Positions 24,178 through 37,487 of a stretch of 64,000 bases of DNA are shown here, in pieces. The notes beneath the pieces are model-generated. The model searched no databases. It worked only from the letters and a program-made list of their open reading frames with translations, and was not told where the DNA came from. Source of the DNA: Squalus acanthias (Eukaryota); NCBI GenBank assembly GCA_030390025.1, contig CM059432.1, positions 8,432,001 through 8,496,000 on the forward strand. The letters run 5' to 3'. The translations under genes were made by a program, and so were the position numbers. Every line of letters begins with the position of its first letter. The first letter of the stretch is position 1.

Positions 24178-24300
24178 GGAATCGAGGCGTTGCCAGACCG
24201 GGAGCCAATGTAGGTCAGCGAGCACAGTGGGTGATGGGTGTCGGGACTTGGTGCGAGTTAGGATACGGGCAGCAGACTGCGGATGTACTGACTTGGCTAT

Positions 24301-24403
24301 GGGGTCATTTTTTTACTGTTCCCGCCGGGTGGTAAATGGCGGTAGTAGGTCAGCTGCCCATCAGCCACCCCATGCACCTGGCACAAACAGTTAAAATAGA
24401 CCC
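24301..24403. mobile_element. Very small Harbinger-like MITE (~103 bp)
   Basis: Imperfect TIR GGGTCATTTTTTTACTGTT / AACAGTTAAAATAGACCC. Confidence 0.5.
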
Positions 24404-24727
24404 TGTGATCCCTTCCACAGTGGAATAGTCCACCAAACTCTGCTGTCGTGGTTCACATGAAGACTTGTACCTCGGATGAGATACCAGAATGCTGCCAGCA
24501 CCAATGAAACTGTACCTCAGTAAAAGTTAGCACCATCAGGAGAGGAGGAGGACAGTATGAGCTAAGTCATGTTATTTTACAAGCCGCATCTCTGCGCTAC
24601 ATCAACTTCAGCCTCAAGACTATCCAACAACTCTCTAAGCAGCAACTACTCTCTTACGGGCCAATTTTAAGTGGCCGAAATTGGGCGTTAGTGGGGCTGT
24701 AGGGGCCTCAAAATGGGTTTGGTAGAT

Positions 24728-25978
24728 TAGCAACAACAACAACAACTTGTATTTATATAGCACCTTTAACATAGTAAAACATCCCAAGGTGCTTGCACAG
24801 GAGTATTTTAAGACAAAAAATTTGACACCGATCCACATAAGAGAAATTAGGGCAGGTGACCAAAAGCTTGGTCAAAGAGGTAGGTTTTAAGGAGCGTCTT
24901 AAAGGAGGAAAGAGAGGTAGAGAGGCGGAGAGGTTTAGGCAGGGAATTCCAGTGCTTAGGGCCCAGGCAACAGAAGACACGGCCACCAATAGTGGAGCGA
25001 TTATAATCAGGGTTCCTCAAGAGGGCAGAATTAGAGGAGCACGGATATCTCGGGGGGGTTGTGGGGCTGGAGGAGATTACAGAGATAGGGACGGGCGAGG
25101 CCATGGAGGGATTTGAAAACAAGGATGAGAATTTTGAAATCGAGTGCTGCTTAACCAGGAGCCAATGTAGGTCAGCGAGCACAGGGGAGATGGGCGAATG
25201 GGACTTGGTGCGAGTTAGGACACGGGCAGCTGAGTTTTGGATGACCTCAAGTTTACGTAGGGTGGAATGTGGGAGGCCAGCCAGGAGTGCGTTGGAATAG
25301 TCAAGTCTAGAGGTAACAAAGGCATGGATGAGGATTTCAGCAGCGGATGAGCTGAGGCAGGGGCGGAGACAGGCGATGTTACGGAGGTGGAAGTAGGCGG
25401 TCTTTGTTATGCTGCGGATATGTGGTCAGAAGCTCATTTCAGGGTCTAATATCAGACAGATATTAGGGAGAGGGATGGAGTCAGTGGCTAGGGAACGGAG
25501 TTTGTGGCGGGGACCGAAAACAATTGCTTCGGTTTTCCCAATATTTAATTGGAGAAAATTTTTGCTCATCCAGAACTGTATGTCGGACAAGCAGTCTGAC
25601 AATTTAGAGACCATGGAGGGGTCGAGAGAAGTGGTGGTGAGGTAAAGCTGGGTGTCATCAGCGTACATGTGGAAACTGACGCTGTGTTTTCGGATGATAT
25701 TGCCAAGGGGCAACATGTAGATGAGAAATAGGAGGGGGCCAAGGATAGATCCTTGGGGGACACCAGAGGTAACGATGCTGGAAGCGGGAAGAGAAACCGT
25801 TGCAGGTGATTCTCTGGCTACGATTAGATAAATAAGAATGGAACCAGGCGAGTGCAGTCCCACCCAGCTGGACGACGGTGGAGAGGTGTTGGAGAAGGAT
25901 GGAGTGGTCAACCGTGTCAAAGACTGCAGACAAGTCAAGAAGGACGAGGAGGTATAGTTTACCTTTGTCACAGTCACA
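24728..25978 (-). mobile_element. L2 LINE, 5'-truncated (RT domain + 3' end)
   Basis: [42 protein letters not shown]; 3' tail (TTG)n. Confidence 0.95.
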
Positions 25979-26239
25979 AATGATGTCACAGTCACCGTTA
26001 ACGCTGGCAGTATGGCTACCGTCACTTTGAAAGGGGCCTTCCCATGGGTGGCCAGAGTGCCTGTCTGTTTCAGATGGTAGGCCTCTTGATTATGCAAATT
26101 GGAGTCCTATGATGTGGTCCTGATTCATGGAACACATGGAATAAGCGTGTGCCTCACATGCTCCACCCGTGTGTTCTGCCGTTAAGCGGCCTAAGCAGCG
26201 ATCCTTCATGGAGGAAGAAAGGGTGGACAACAAGTCTTT

Positions 26240-27370
26240 GTGGAAGGGTTCGGAGCGATGACCAAAAACTTAGTTCAAGAGATGGCTTTTGAGGAGGCTT
26301 TCAAAAGCGAAGAAAGACAGAGGTAGAGAGGCAAAATGGTTCAGGGAGAGAAAGTCAAGAGAGCAGGGCTGAGGATGGTTGATCGCTCCATCACCAGTCA
26401 TGAAATGGGGGAAGGGCGTGGGTTGCACAGAGGGCCGGAGTCAGAGCATTGGAAGGGGATGGGAGGGCCATACAGCTGAGGATAGTTAGAGAGGTAGCAT
26501 GGGTTGAGGCTGTGAAGAGATTTGTACTGATAGGGTTAGATGAAGAGGAGTGGGCGGAGCCTCGTGGGGAGCATAAAGACCGGTACGGACCAGTTGGGCC
26601 AAATGGCCTATTTCTATACTGTACTTCTATGTAGATGAGAATGCGTTGGGGAACGGAGAGCCAGTATTATGACGTGGGTCAGCGAGCAGTGCTTATTGCA
26701 GAGCAGAACATGGGAGGCAAAGTTTTGGACAAGTTGGAATTTATAAAAGGCAGAGGCTGAGAAGCTGGCAAGGGAGGCAATGGAGATGCTAAGTCTGGAG
26801 ATGACAAAGGTATGGATAATGGGTTTGGTTGCAATGGGAGTAAGCCAGCAATGGAAACAGATGACGGGAAGATGGACATAAGCAGTAGGGCTGATAGACA
26901 AGCTATAGGGTCTGAAGCTCAACTCTGGGTCAAACAGGTTGTTAAACAGGTTGGTTCAGTCTTAGCGAAACCCAAGGAGGAGATGGAGTCAGTGCAAGAT
27001 CGTGGACTTTTTATAGGGAGCCAAAATTGGTGGCTTCAGTCTTCCCAGTGTTTATTTGGAAGAGATTCTGGTACATCCATGACCTGATGTTAGATCTGGC
27101 AGTCTTCCAGCACTGGTGGCCATGGGGTTGAGGGAAGGGATTGGAGGTAGAGTTGGGTGTTACCAGCATTCCTATGGGATTTGCTCCTATGCCTATGGAT
27201 GATGGCACTGAGAAGCAGTGTGTTGGTGAAAATGAGGAAGGAGAGGCGGAGAGATCCTTGGGGGACTCCAGAGGTGACTATACAAGGGTGGGAAGAGAAG
27301 CCATTGTTACAGATACACTCATTGCATTGGGTAGGAATGTGGAAACATGCAAGGACCGTCTAATATAGAC
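26240..27370 (-). mobile_element. Older, highly degenerate L2 fragment (with a CR1 tail inserted at ~26525-26630)
   Basis: Remnants IRSWMYQNLFQINTGKTEA and IIHTFVISRL..FQLVQN. Confidence 0.65.
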
Positions 27371-28179
27371 AGACCATGCAGGCGAGGCAGTAATGTTTAG
27401 AGATAGACAGGGAGATGTAGATGGTAAGGGAGACAAGAAAATCATTAGAAAATGACATATCAGTGATCAAAACCATGGAGATGGTGAGATCCAACTCAAA
27501 ACTATAATTGACTAGAGCATTCACTTATAAAATAAAATAGACGCTGTTTACTACAGTGATTACAATTCAAAAGTACTTCATTGGCTGTAAAGCGCTTTGG
27601 GACGACCCGAGGTCGTGAAAGGCGCTATATAAATGCAAGTTTTTTCTTTCTATAAGATCCAATTCGACAACATTTTGATGATATAATCTTGGTGAAGGTA
27701 AAAGAAACACTGCTTTAAAAGAGTGATGCCTGCTGTAATAGAAAACACCGAGATGCGTATTAACAAAACAATGGAAAACTTTCAACAAGTGTGTTTTTAG
27801 ACAAAAAGCACTTCATGTGGCAGTAGTACCTATGGGAAAAAAATGAACAGAGCGACGCCTATTGGTAAATGGTGAGAAGCAAGGTCGGCATCTTAACAGA
27901 CACCAACAAATAATGTTGTGCGGCCTTCTTGACAAGCCTGAGTAGGTAAAAATGACGCGATGCCCGACAAATAAATGAGGACTTCAATTATCTCAGAACC
28001 TCTCAAATCAGAGATCTGCTATGTTACAACCAAAGTATTTATTTTTAATATGAGCGCCAATGAAAGAGTATCTTGATTTACCCCTGCTGAATTTAAAGCT
28101 GTATTGTTAAACTGAACTTCATTTGCATATAAATGGTGTTCTACAAAGCAATTCCATGCTCATTCCCTTTTTCTTTGCT

Positions 28180-29705
28180 CATGGAATTCAATCCGGAGAT
28201 GTGTGAGGTAATGCATTTGGGGAGGGCTAACAAGGCGAGGGAAAACACTATAAAGGGTTTTCTTCTTCTTAGGCAGTCCCTCGGAACCGAGGATGACTTG
28301 CTTCCACACTAAAAATGAGTTCTCAGGTGACTGATGAGTCCAATGCGGGACCTGCAGTCTCTGTCACAGGTGGGGCAGACGGTGGTTGAAGGGGCGGGTG
28401 GGTGGGGTGCTTGAGTTGACGTGAGCTCCTTGCGCCGCCTGCGCTTGGTTTTCGCTTGCTCCCGGCGAAGAGACTCGAGGTGTTCGGCGCCTTCCCGGAT
28501 GCTTCTCCTCCACTTTGTGCGGTCTTGGGCCAGGGATTCCCAGGTGTCGGTGGGGATGTTGCACTTTTTCAAGGAGGCTTTGAGGGTGTCCTTGAAGCGT
28601 TTCCTCTGCCCACCTGGGGCTCTCTTGCCGTATCGGATCTCTGAGTAGAGCGCTTGTTTTGGGAGTCTCGTATCGGGCATGTGGACAATGTGACCCGTCC
28701 ATCGGAACTGATCGAGCGTGGTCAAAGCTTCGATGCTGGGGATGTTTGCCTGAGCAAGAGCACTGACGTTGGTGCGCCTATCCTGCCAATGGATTTGCAG
28801 GATCATGCGGAGGCAGCGTTGGTGGTACCTCTCCAGTGCTTTGAGGTGCCTGCTGTACATGGTCCATGTCTCTGAGGCATACAGGAGGGCGGGTATCACT
28901 ACTGCTCTGTAGACCATGAACTTGGTGCCGGGTTTGAGATCCTGGTCTTCAAACATTCAAACACTATAAATGGTAGGACACTGAGAAGTGCAGAGAAACA
29001 GAGGGACCTTGGAGCGCATGTCCACAGATCCCTGAAGGTAGCAGGACAGGTAGATAAGGTGGTTAAGAAGGCATATGGGATACTTGCCTTTATTAGCCGA
29101 GGCATAGAATACAAGAGCAGGGAGGTTATTCTTGAACTGTATAAAACACTAGTTAGGCCACAGCTAGAGTACCGCGTGCATTTCTGGTCACCACATCACA
29201 GGAAAGATGTGATTGCACTAGAGGAGGTGCAGAGGAGATTTACGAGGATGTTGCCAGGACTGGAGAATTTTAGCTACGAGGAAAGATTGGATAGGCTGGG
29301 TTTGTTTTCTTTGGAGCAGAGGAGGCTGAGGGGGAGACTTTATTGAGGTGTATAAAATTATGAAGGGCCTAGATAGAGTGGATAGGAAGAACCTATTTCC
29401 CTTAGCAGAGAGGTCAACAACCAGGGGGCATAGATTTAAAGTAATTGGTAGGAGGTTTAGAGGGGAGTTGAGGGGAACTTTCTTCACCCAGAGGGTGGTG
29501 GGGTCTGGAACTCACTGCCTGAAAGGGTGGTAGAGGCAGAAACCCTCATCACATTTAAAAAGTACTTGGATGTGCACTTGAAGTGCCGTAACCTGCAGGG
29601 CTATGGACCAAGAGCTGGAAAGCTGGATAGCTCTTTGTCGGCCGGCGCGGACACAATGGGCCGAATGGCCTCCTTCTGTGCTGTAAATTTCTATGATTCT
29701 ATGAT
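28180..29705 (+). mobile_element. CR1 3' half, interrupted by RTE
   Basis: MEFNPE.CEVMHLG before the RTE, resuming VKKAYGILAFISRGIEY; (TTCTATGA)n tail. Confidence 0.9.
28255..28958 (-). mobile_element. RTE-clade LINE 3' fragment with open ORF
   Basis: ORF 28309-28956 LLYASETW..C-terminal CPTC..HLRTH. 12-bp TSD AAACACTATAAA (28243-28254 / 28959-28970). Confidence 0.95.
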
Positions 29706-30659
29706 TTGGTGCAGATGAATTGAGATTTTGTGAAAACATTGGAGAAATCAAGCCTGCTGGTGACAAAGGTGCAGATGAAAGAAAGAAAGATGAAAGACTT
29801 GCATAGAGCGCCTTTCACGACCTGAGGACACTTCAACAGTGACCACACTTTAAAGGTACTACTTGTGAAGTGTAGTCGCTGTTGGAACGCAGCAGCCAAA
29901 TTGCGCACAGCCGAAATGGCCTCCTTCTGTGCCGTAAATTTCTATGATTCTATGATTTGCGAATAGATCTCTGCATTAAAATGCGCCAGTACGTCTTCGA
30001 AACACATCGAGGGAGGGAATTTGGATCAGGACCTGTAAGAAAAATACAGACAGACCGCTTGTAGATACTGTTTCTAAATTGCATCAAAGTGCCATAGATC
30101 ACCTTATTGAAAATACTAATCAAGCAGATATCAGGTGCTACATCTCATATTCTGTTTAACATAATTGAAACTTCCAATGTGTTTGCGGAATCTATTTCAT
30201 TTCAGCCACCCTGGCTTTTGCCTGGGGTACGAACAATTTAATAATTTTCAATCGGATGCAATCATAACTCACCAGCCAATAAATTATTAAGAAACTGAAT
30301 GGTGCATCTGATCCATCATCTGTCTTGTGGCAGAGAAGTTGCAACCGAGAAATCTTGTCCAATAGTTTGCCTTTGTGATTGATGGTTGTATTAACGTTTA
30401 TGGATGTGCTTATGCATCTTGTGACATTTATTATCAGACTGATAAAGTGACTGGTTGTTTATTCTTCCTCTACCTTCCTCAGTAAAGAAGCACAAGAAAG
30501 AGGGACTGAGATACTTAGAGGACAGACTTCTTGCCTGGGCACTTGTACGCATTGACCTGAGGAACGACGCTGATGGTGGGTAAAGCATTTTACGTATAGC
30601 ACCTAAATGTAACAGTCGTGAGCTGCAACAACATGGAACTCACTCAACGATGTCCTTCA

Positions 30660-31262
30660 GAACTTAGGAGAGGCCTTGGAGAGAGTACAAAGGATGTTAT
30701 GCAGATATGGAGAGAAGGCAGGGACAGGGTACTGAATTTGGATGATCAGCCATGATCTCATTAAATGGCGGAACAGGCTCGAGGGGCCGAATGGCCTACT
30801 CCTGCTCCTATCTTCTGTGATACCAGGATGAGGGACTTCAGTTATGTGGAGAGATTGGAGCAGCTGGGATTGTTCTCCTTGGAGCAGAGAAGGTTAAGGG
30901 GAGAACTCATAGAGATGTTCAAAATTATGAGGGGTGTCGTTAGAGCAAGCAGGGAGTAACTGGCAAGTGGGTCGGTGACCGGAGGTCATAGACTTAAAAT
31001 AATTGGCAAAAGAACTAGAGGGGAAATGAAGAGAATATTTTTCACACAGAGTGTTGTTAAGATATGGAATGCACTATCTGAAGGGTGGTGGAATCATATT
31101 CCATAGGAACTTTCAAAAGGCAATTGGACATGTATTTGAAGAGAACTAATTTGCAGGGTTATGGGGAAAATGCTGGGGAGTGGGATTAAATTGGACAGGC
31201 ACAGGCATGACGGGCCAAATGGCCTCCTTCTGTGCTGTACTATTCTATGATTCTATGATTCT
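30660..31262 (+). mobile_element. CR1 3' fragment(s)
   Basis: ERLEQLGLFSLEQRRLRGEL; (TTCTATGA)n tail. Confidence 0.8.
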
Positions 31263-31904
31263 AGTCTGTTGCAGACATTCAATAGATAATTCGATCTGAG
31301 CCACCTGCTCACCAGTCTTCTCTTGAACCTTAGATCTTGTCCCCTAGTTACAGACTTTATGGTTGTATGTCAACTAGGGTTCAGTTTATCTAAAGTCCTT
31401 AGAATCTTCAAAATTTTGATAAGGTTTGATCGGACCCCTCTCTTCTCCAGTGTAAACGTTCCTATCCGCTCTATTTTCTCCTCGTAAGTCAGCTAGTTCC
31501 CAACATCTGTTTAGTAGATGTTCTCTGTAACTTCTCCAATAACCAGCATGTCCCAACTGCGGTACAAAAACTGAAATTGTACCCAGTATTCCAGTAGAGG
31601 CCGAACAAGTGCTCAATACAAACTCACCCGAGGATTTAAGGTCTATCCCTCTGGCTGTACACCCTTACTTGCGTTCTTTACTGCTGTCACGCTGTGTTGT
31701 TGGCTTCAACAAGCTTGCCACCAGTATCCAGAGGGTATTGAATGTGTGGAGCAGAATGCTCTGGGGTGCTCTGGAGACAGATAACGTAATGGGGAATTGA
31801 ATAGATACTTGGCTGATTGAAGAGTATTAGTGTTTGGCACTGACCAGATGGACTACAGAGCCTTTTCTAGTCCCGTACTTTCCCATGTTTCCCATGAACA
31901 TAGA

Positions 31905-32370
31905 GAAAGAAAGAAAGACTTGCATTTATATCGCGCCTTTCACGACCACCGGACGTCTCAAAGCACTTTACAGCCAATGAAATACTGTTTGAAGTGGAAT
32001 CACTGTTGTAATGTGGAAAACGCAGCAGCCAATTTGCGCACAATAAGGTCCCACAAACAACAATATGATAATGACCAGATAATCTGCTTTAGTGATGTTG
32101 ATTGAGGGATAAATATTGGCCAGGACACCGGGGAGAACTCCCCTGCTCTTCTTTGAAATAGTGCCACGGAGTCTTTTACATCCACCTGAGAGAGCAGACA
32201 GGGCCTCGGTTTAACATCTCATCCAAGAGACGGCACCTCCGACAGTGCAGCACTCCCTCAGCACTGCACTGGAAGTGTCAGCCTAGCTTTCTGTGCTCAA
32301 GTCCCATGGAGTGGGATTATGAACCCACAACCTTCTGACTCAAAGGCGAGTGTGCTACCCACTCAGCCAC
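31905..32370 (-). mobile_element. Deu-domain tRNA SINE, full length
   Basis: A box TGGCTGAGTGG, B-box-like GGTTCATAATCC, Deu core, L2-like tail, (TTTC)n. Confidence 0.9.
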
Positions 32371-32374
32371 AGCT

Positions 32375-32710
32375 GACGAGATGTTTCCACTTACGGGGGA
32401 GATCAGAACTAGGGGTCGTAAATATAAGATAGTCACTAATAAATCCAATAGGGAATTCAGGCGAAACTGCTTTACCCAGAGAGTGGTGAGAATGTGGAAC
32501 TCGCTACCACAGGGAGTGATTGAGGCGAATAGCAGAGATCCATTTAAGGAGAAGCTGGATAAGCACATGAGGGAGAAAGGAAGAGACAGATTTGTTGATG
32601 GGGTTCAATGAAGAAGGGTGAGGGAACGCTCGTGTGGAGCATAAACACCGACATGGACCTGTTGGGCCGAGTGTCCTGCTTCTGTGCTGCAAATACTTTG
32701 TAATACTTTT
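32375..32710 (+). mobile_element. CR1 3' fragment
   Basis: MFPLTGEIRTRG..TQRVVRMWNSLP. Confidence 0.85.
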
Positions 32711-32966
32711 AATGGAGTGGTTATTTGCAAGGTCTGTGACACCATCCCATGCCCACCAGAACCACGCATGCGCACCCGACATTGCGGCTGTGCACTGGAG
32801 GTTCCAAACACGCACGCACCTAGCCGCAGGGCTGCGGCCTTAACCACGCTTTGCTCCCTGTGGAGAAGGTCAGGGGATTGAAGGGTGGGGAGAGGAGAGG
32901 AGCTTGGAGGGGGGAGAGGAGAGGAGCTTGTGGCGGGGAGGGGGGGGGGGGGTGGGGGGGGTGGGG

Positions 32967-33517
32967 GAAGGTCAGGAATTCGGGGGGAGGGAAGAAAGAA
33001 GGTCAGGAACTCAGGGGGAGAGAAGGTCTGGAACTCAGGGGGAGAGAAGGTCAGGAACTGGGGGGGTGAGAAGGTCAGGAACTCGGAGAGAGAGAAGGTC
33101 AGGAACTCAGAGAGAGAGAAGGTCAGGAACTCAGGGGGAGAGAAGGTCAGGAACTGGGGGGGTGAGAAGGTTAGGAACTCGGAGAGAGAGAAGGTCAGGA
33201 ACTCGGAGAGAGAGAAGGTCAGGAACTCGGAGACAGAGAAGGTCAGGAACTCGGAGAGATAGAAGGTCAGGAACTCGGAGAGAGAGAAGGTCAGGAACTC
33301 GGAGAGAGAGAAGGTCAGGAACTCGGAGAGAGAGAAGGTCAGGAACTCGGAGAGAGAGAAGGTCAGGAATTCGGAGAGAGAGAAGGTCAGGAACTCGGAG
33401 AGAGAGAAGGTCAGGAACTCGGAGAGAGAGAAGGTCAGGAACTCGGAGAGAGAGAAGGTCAGGAACTCGGAGAGAGAGAAGGTCAGGAACTCGGAGAGAG
33501 AGAAGGTCAGGAACTCG
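32967..33517. repeat. 24-bp minisatellite (GAGAAGGTCAGGAACTCGGAGAGA), ~23 units
   Basis: Direct head-to-tail units with no spacers. Confidence 0.95.
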
Positions 33518-33684
33518 GCGGGGGGCAAGCACCCAGAGAACAGTGGAGATGGGAGAAGAACTTAATCCAGGTCTAAAAGGGTGTGGGTGGGGGGGGGGAA
33601 GGATGAGAGCGAGAACGTGATCGAGATGGGAAGATGGATCACATTCACCCCCTCTGTTAGACATGGATCACATTCTTCCAACCG

Positions 33685-34048
33685 GATGAATTAGTGAATC
33701 CCTTCTCACACACTGAGCAGGTGAACAGCCTCTCCCCAGTGTGAACTCGCTCGTGTGCCAGCAGGTTGTTGGATCGAATGAATCCCTTCCTACTCACGGA
33801 GCAGGGAAACGGCCTCTCTCCAGTGTGAGTACGCTGGTGTATCGTCAGACTCCCGGGGCTTTTAAAGCTCTTCCCATAGCCAGAGCATTAAAAACAATCT
33901 CTCATCAATGTGAACCCACTGGTGTGTCAGCAGGTTGGATGTCAGAGTGAATCCCTTTCTACACACGGAACAGGTGAAAGAACTGCCTCTGGTGTGACTG
34001 AGCCGATGAACTTTCAACACAGATGGGGAACTGAATTCCTTTCCACCC
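33685..34048 (-). pseudogene. Degenerate C2H2 zinc-finger array (~4-5 fingers)
   Basis: Minus strand reads GKEFSSPSVLKVHRLSHT, FTCSVCRKGFTLTSNLLTHQWVH, (frameshift) [44 protein letters not shown]. Confidence 0.85.
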
Positions 34049-35893
34049 CACACACACGCACCCCACACAACACACCACACACACACACACACACACCCCA
34101 CACAGACACACCCCACACACACACACCCACACACACACCCCTCACACACACCCCACACACACACACACCCCACACTCACACACCCCACACTCACACACAC
34201 CCCACACACACACACCCCACACACACGCACCCCACACACACCCCCCACACACACACACTCCACACACACGCACCCCACACACACACACCCCACACAGACA
34301 CACCCCACCCACACACCCCACACACACACACCCCACACACACATCCCACACACACACACCCCACACAGACACACCCCACCCACACACCCACACACACACA
34401 CCCCACACACACACCCCACACACACACACACCCCACACACACACCCCACACACACACACCCCACACACACACACCCCACACACACCACCCCACACACACA
34501 CACCCCACACACACACCACCCACACACACACACCCCACACACACACCCCACACACACACACCCCACACACACACCCCACACACACACCACACACCCACCC
34601 CACACACACACCCCACACACACACACCCACACACACACACCCCACACACACACACCCCACACACACACACCCCACACACACACACCCCACACACACACCC
34701 CACACACACACCCCACACACACACACCCCACACAGACACACCCCACACACACACCCCACACACACACCCCACACACACACCCACACACACACACCCCACA
34801 CAGACACACCCCACACACACACACCCCACACACACCCCACACACACACCCCACACACACACACCCCACACTCACACACCCCACACTCACGCACCCCCACA
34901 CACACACCCCACACACACACCACCCACACACACACACCCCACACACACTCACACACATCCCACACACACACACCCCACACACACACACCCCACACAGACA
35001 CACCCCACCCACACACACACACATCCCACACACACACACCCCACACACACACACACATCCCACACACACACACCCCACACACACACACCCCACACAGACA
35101 CACCCCACACACACACCCCACACACACACACACATCCCACACACACACACCCCACACAGACACACTCCACACACACACACACCCCACACACACACACCCC
35201 ACACACACACCCCACACACACACACACATCCCACACACACACACCCCACACAGACACACCCCACACACACACACACACACCCCACACAGACACACCCCAC
35301 ACACACACACCCCACACACACCCCTCACACACACGCACCCCACACACACACACCCCACACACACACACCCCACACAGACACACCCCACACACACACACCC
35401 CACACACACACACCCCACACACACACACCCCACACACACCCCACACACACACCCCACACACACACCCCACACACACACCCCACACACACACCCCACACAC
35501 ACACCCCACACACACACACCCCACACAGACACACCCCACACACACACACACCCCACACACACACACCCCACACTCACACACCCCACACAGACACACCCCA
35601 CACACACACACCCCACACTCAAGTACCCCACACACACACCCCACACACACACCCCACACACACACCCCACACACACACCCCACACACACACCCCACACAC
35701 ACACCCCACACACACACACCCCACACACACACCCCACACACACACACCCCACACACACACCCCACACACACACACCCCACACTCAAGTACCCCACACACA
35801 CACCCCACACACACACCCCACACACACACCCCACACACACACACCCCACACACACACCCCACACACACACCCCACACACACACACCCCACACA
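34045..35893. repeat. ~1.85-kb compound (CA)n/CCCCACACACACA microsatellite-like array
   Basis: Directly visible; occasional CAGA, CTCA and CTCAAGTA variants. Confidence 0.98.
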
Positions 35894-36087
35894 GGCACGG
35901 TGATGATCTTATTGAATGGTGGAGCAGGCTCAAGGGGCCATGTGGCCTACTCCTGCTCCTATTTCTTATGTTCTTACATTCTTATGAACCACACATTATG
36001 AAAAACAGCTAAGCATCTGGGGATAATACATTTTACAAGGAAAGGAAAAGATGAAAAAATGTTTTACATTGTAGGATCGACAAAGGA

Positions 36088-36495
36088 GAAAGAAAGACTC
36101 GCATTTATTTCGTGCCTTTCACAACCTCAGGGTGTCCCAAAGCCCTTTACAGCCAATGAAGTACTTTTTGAAGTGGAGTCACTGTTGTAATGTAGGAAAC
36201 ACAGCAGCCAGTTGCACACAGCAAGCTCCCACAAACAGCAATCAGATAATCCGCAGATCATCTGTTTCAGTGATGTTGTGTGAAGGACAAATATTGGCCA
36301 GGACACCGGGGAGAACTCCCCTGCTCTTCTTTGTAAAAGTGCCATGGGATCTTTTACATCCACCTGAGAGAACAGACAGGGCCTCGGCTTCACATCGACA
36401 GTGCAGCGCTCCCCTAGCACTGGGAGTGTCAGCCTAGATTTTGCGCTCAAGTCTCGGGAGCGGGTCCTGAAGCCACAGCCTTCCACTGAGCCACG
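36088..36495 (-). mobile_element. Deu-domain tRNA SINE
   Basis: Same family as 31905-32370, with small deletions. Confidence 0.85.
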
Positions 36496-36766
36496 GCTGA
36501 CACAGGAGGTGCCACCTCCAAAAACGGACGGAACCTGACTTGTTATTTTCTGATAGGCATCTGTGGTGGGAAACCACTGGGTCCTGCGAGAATCGGTAGG
36601 CGGGCTAAATGGCTCTTTACTTGACATGTAAAAAAAAGATAATTTGCTGCAGGCTGCAGTATTCTCTCCACGGTGCTGAAGTTGAATTAGTGGCGTGGGG
36701 TCAGGTTGGAGAAGCACATTTCTCCAATGGCTGCATCACCGCCTGAGACAGCTGACTCCAGAGCTG

Positions 36767-36922
36767 AGTTGAAATTGCAATGCTATTGGCCGTCACCAAT
36801 ATGGGTGGAGCGATCCGCCTCTGGCTCGTAATGAGCGTGCGCTTCCTGACCGCCATATCGAGGACTTTGGCGCCCGCTTAGCACCCAAAAAACAATGCGC
36901 GGCGCCGTCGAATTTCTAGGCC
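36767..36922. mobile_element. Short Harbinger-type MITE or end fragment
   Basis: Ends GAATTTCTAGGCC, like the 44931 terminus. Confidence 0.45.
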
Positions 36923-37487
36923 ATCATTTCCAAATTGACCAGTTGCTTCCTGTAATCTCCAGCTGACAAGCAGCCCAATGAAGGCTTCTCAAATTGTATT
37001 ACTGCGGCAATAAACCGTTGAACATAACTTCTCTTTTGACAGAATATATTGAACATCTGATATACAATAAGAAATAGCTGACAGCGAATTTAACAGTCAT
37101 TCAACTTTGGGGCCTTGCCAAAGTTCATAAATTACTTCAACTCATGTTCGTCGGCATCATCAGGACTTCTCAATTTAAGTCCAGTATAATATTTCACTGC
37201 CGGCTATCTGGGGTTTTTTTTAACCACTCGTCTGGTAGTTAAAAACCACGGAATCATTTTGATTATTCAAAGATCATTTATTCAAGTGTGAAGCCTAGGA
37301 CTGATTTTCTAATCCATTAGGTCCCCACAGGGTGCCTCAGTTAATGCTCTGAAGATTGTACGTTTTAGCTCAGTACCAATGTTCTATTTCTGTCTCTCAT
37401 CATCCTGGTAAACAGAAACACATTTTAAGGTTGTCAATTTAAAAATGAAGCGAGGTAGGAGGTTTTTCCTTTGTTTTGTTTAGGGTT

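Noticed and set aside
32310..32370. tRNA genes at SINE heads
   Set aside because: A/B boxes only, fused to SINE bodies; no complete cloverleaf.
32605..33664. Repeat-protein ORFs (EFLTFSLS)n, or a CRISPR-like array
   Set aside because: Pure 24-bp tandem repeat with no unique spacers, no cas genes, and a eukaryotic context.
33862..36012. 678-aa and 700-aa ORFs (CVCG / HTPH repeats)
   Set aside because: Artefacts of a stop-free CA/TG array; only the zinc-finger end is meaningful.
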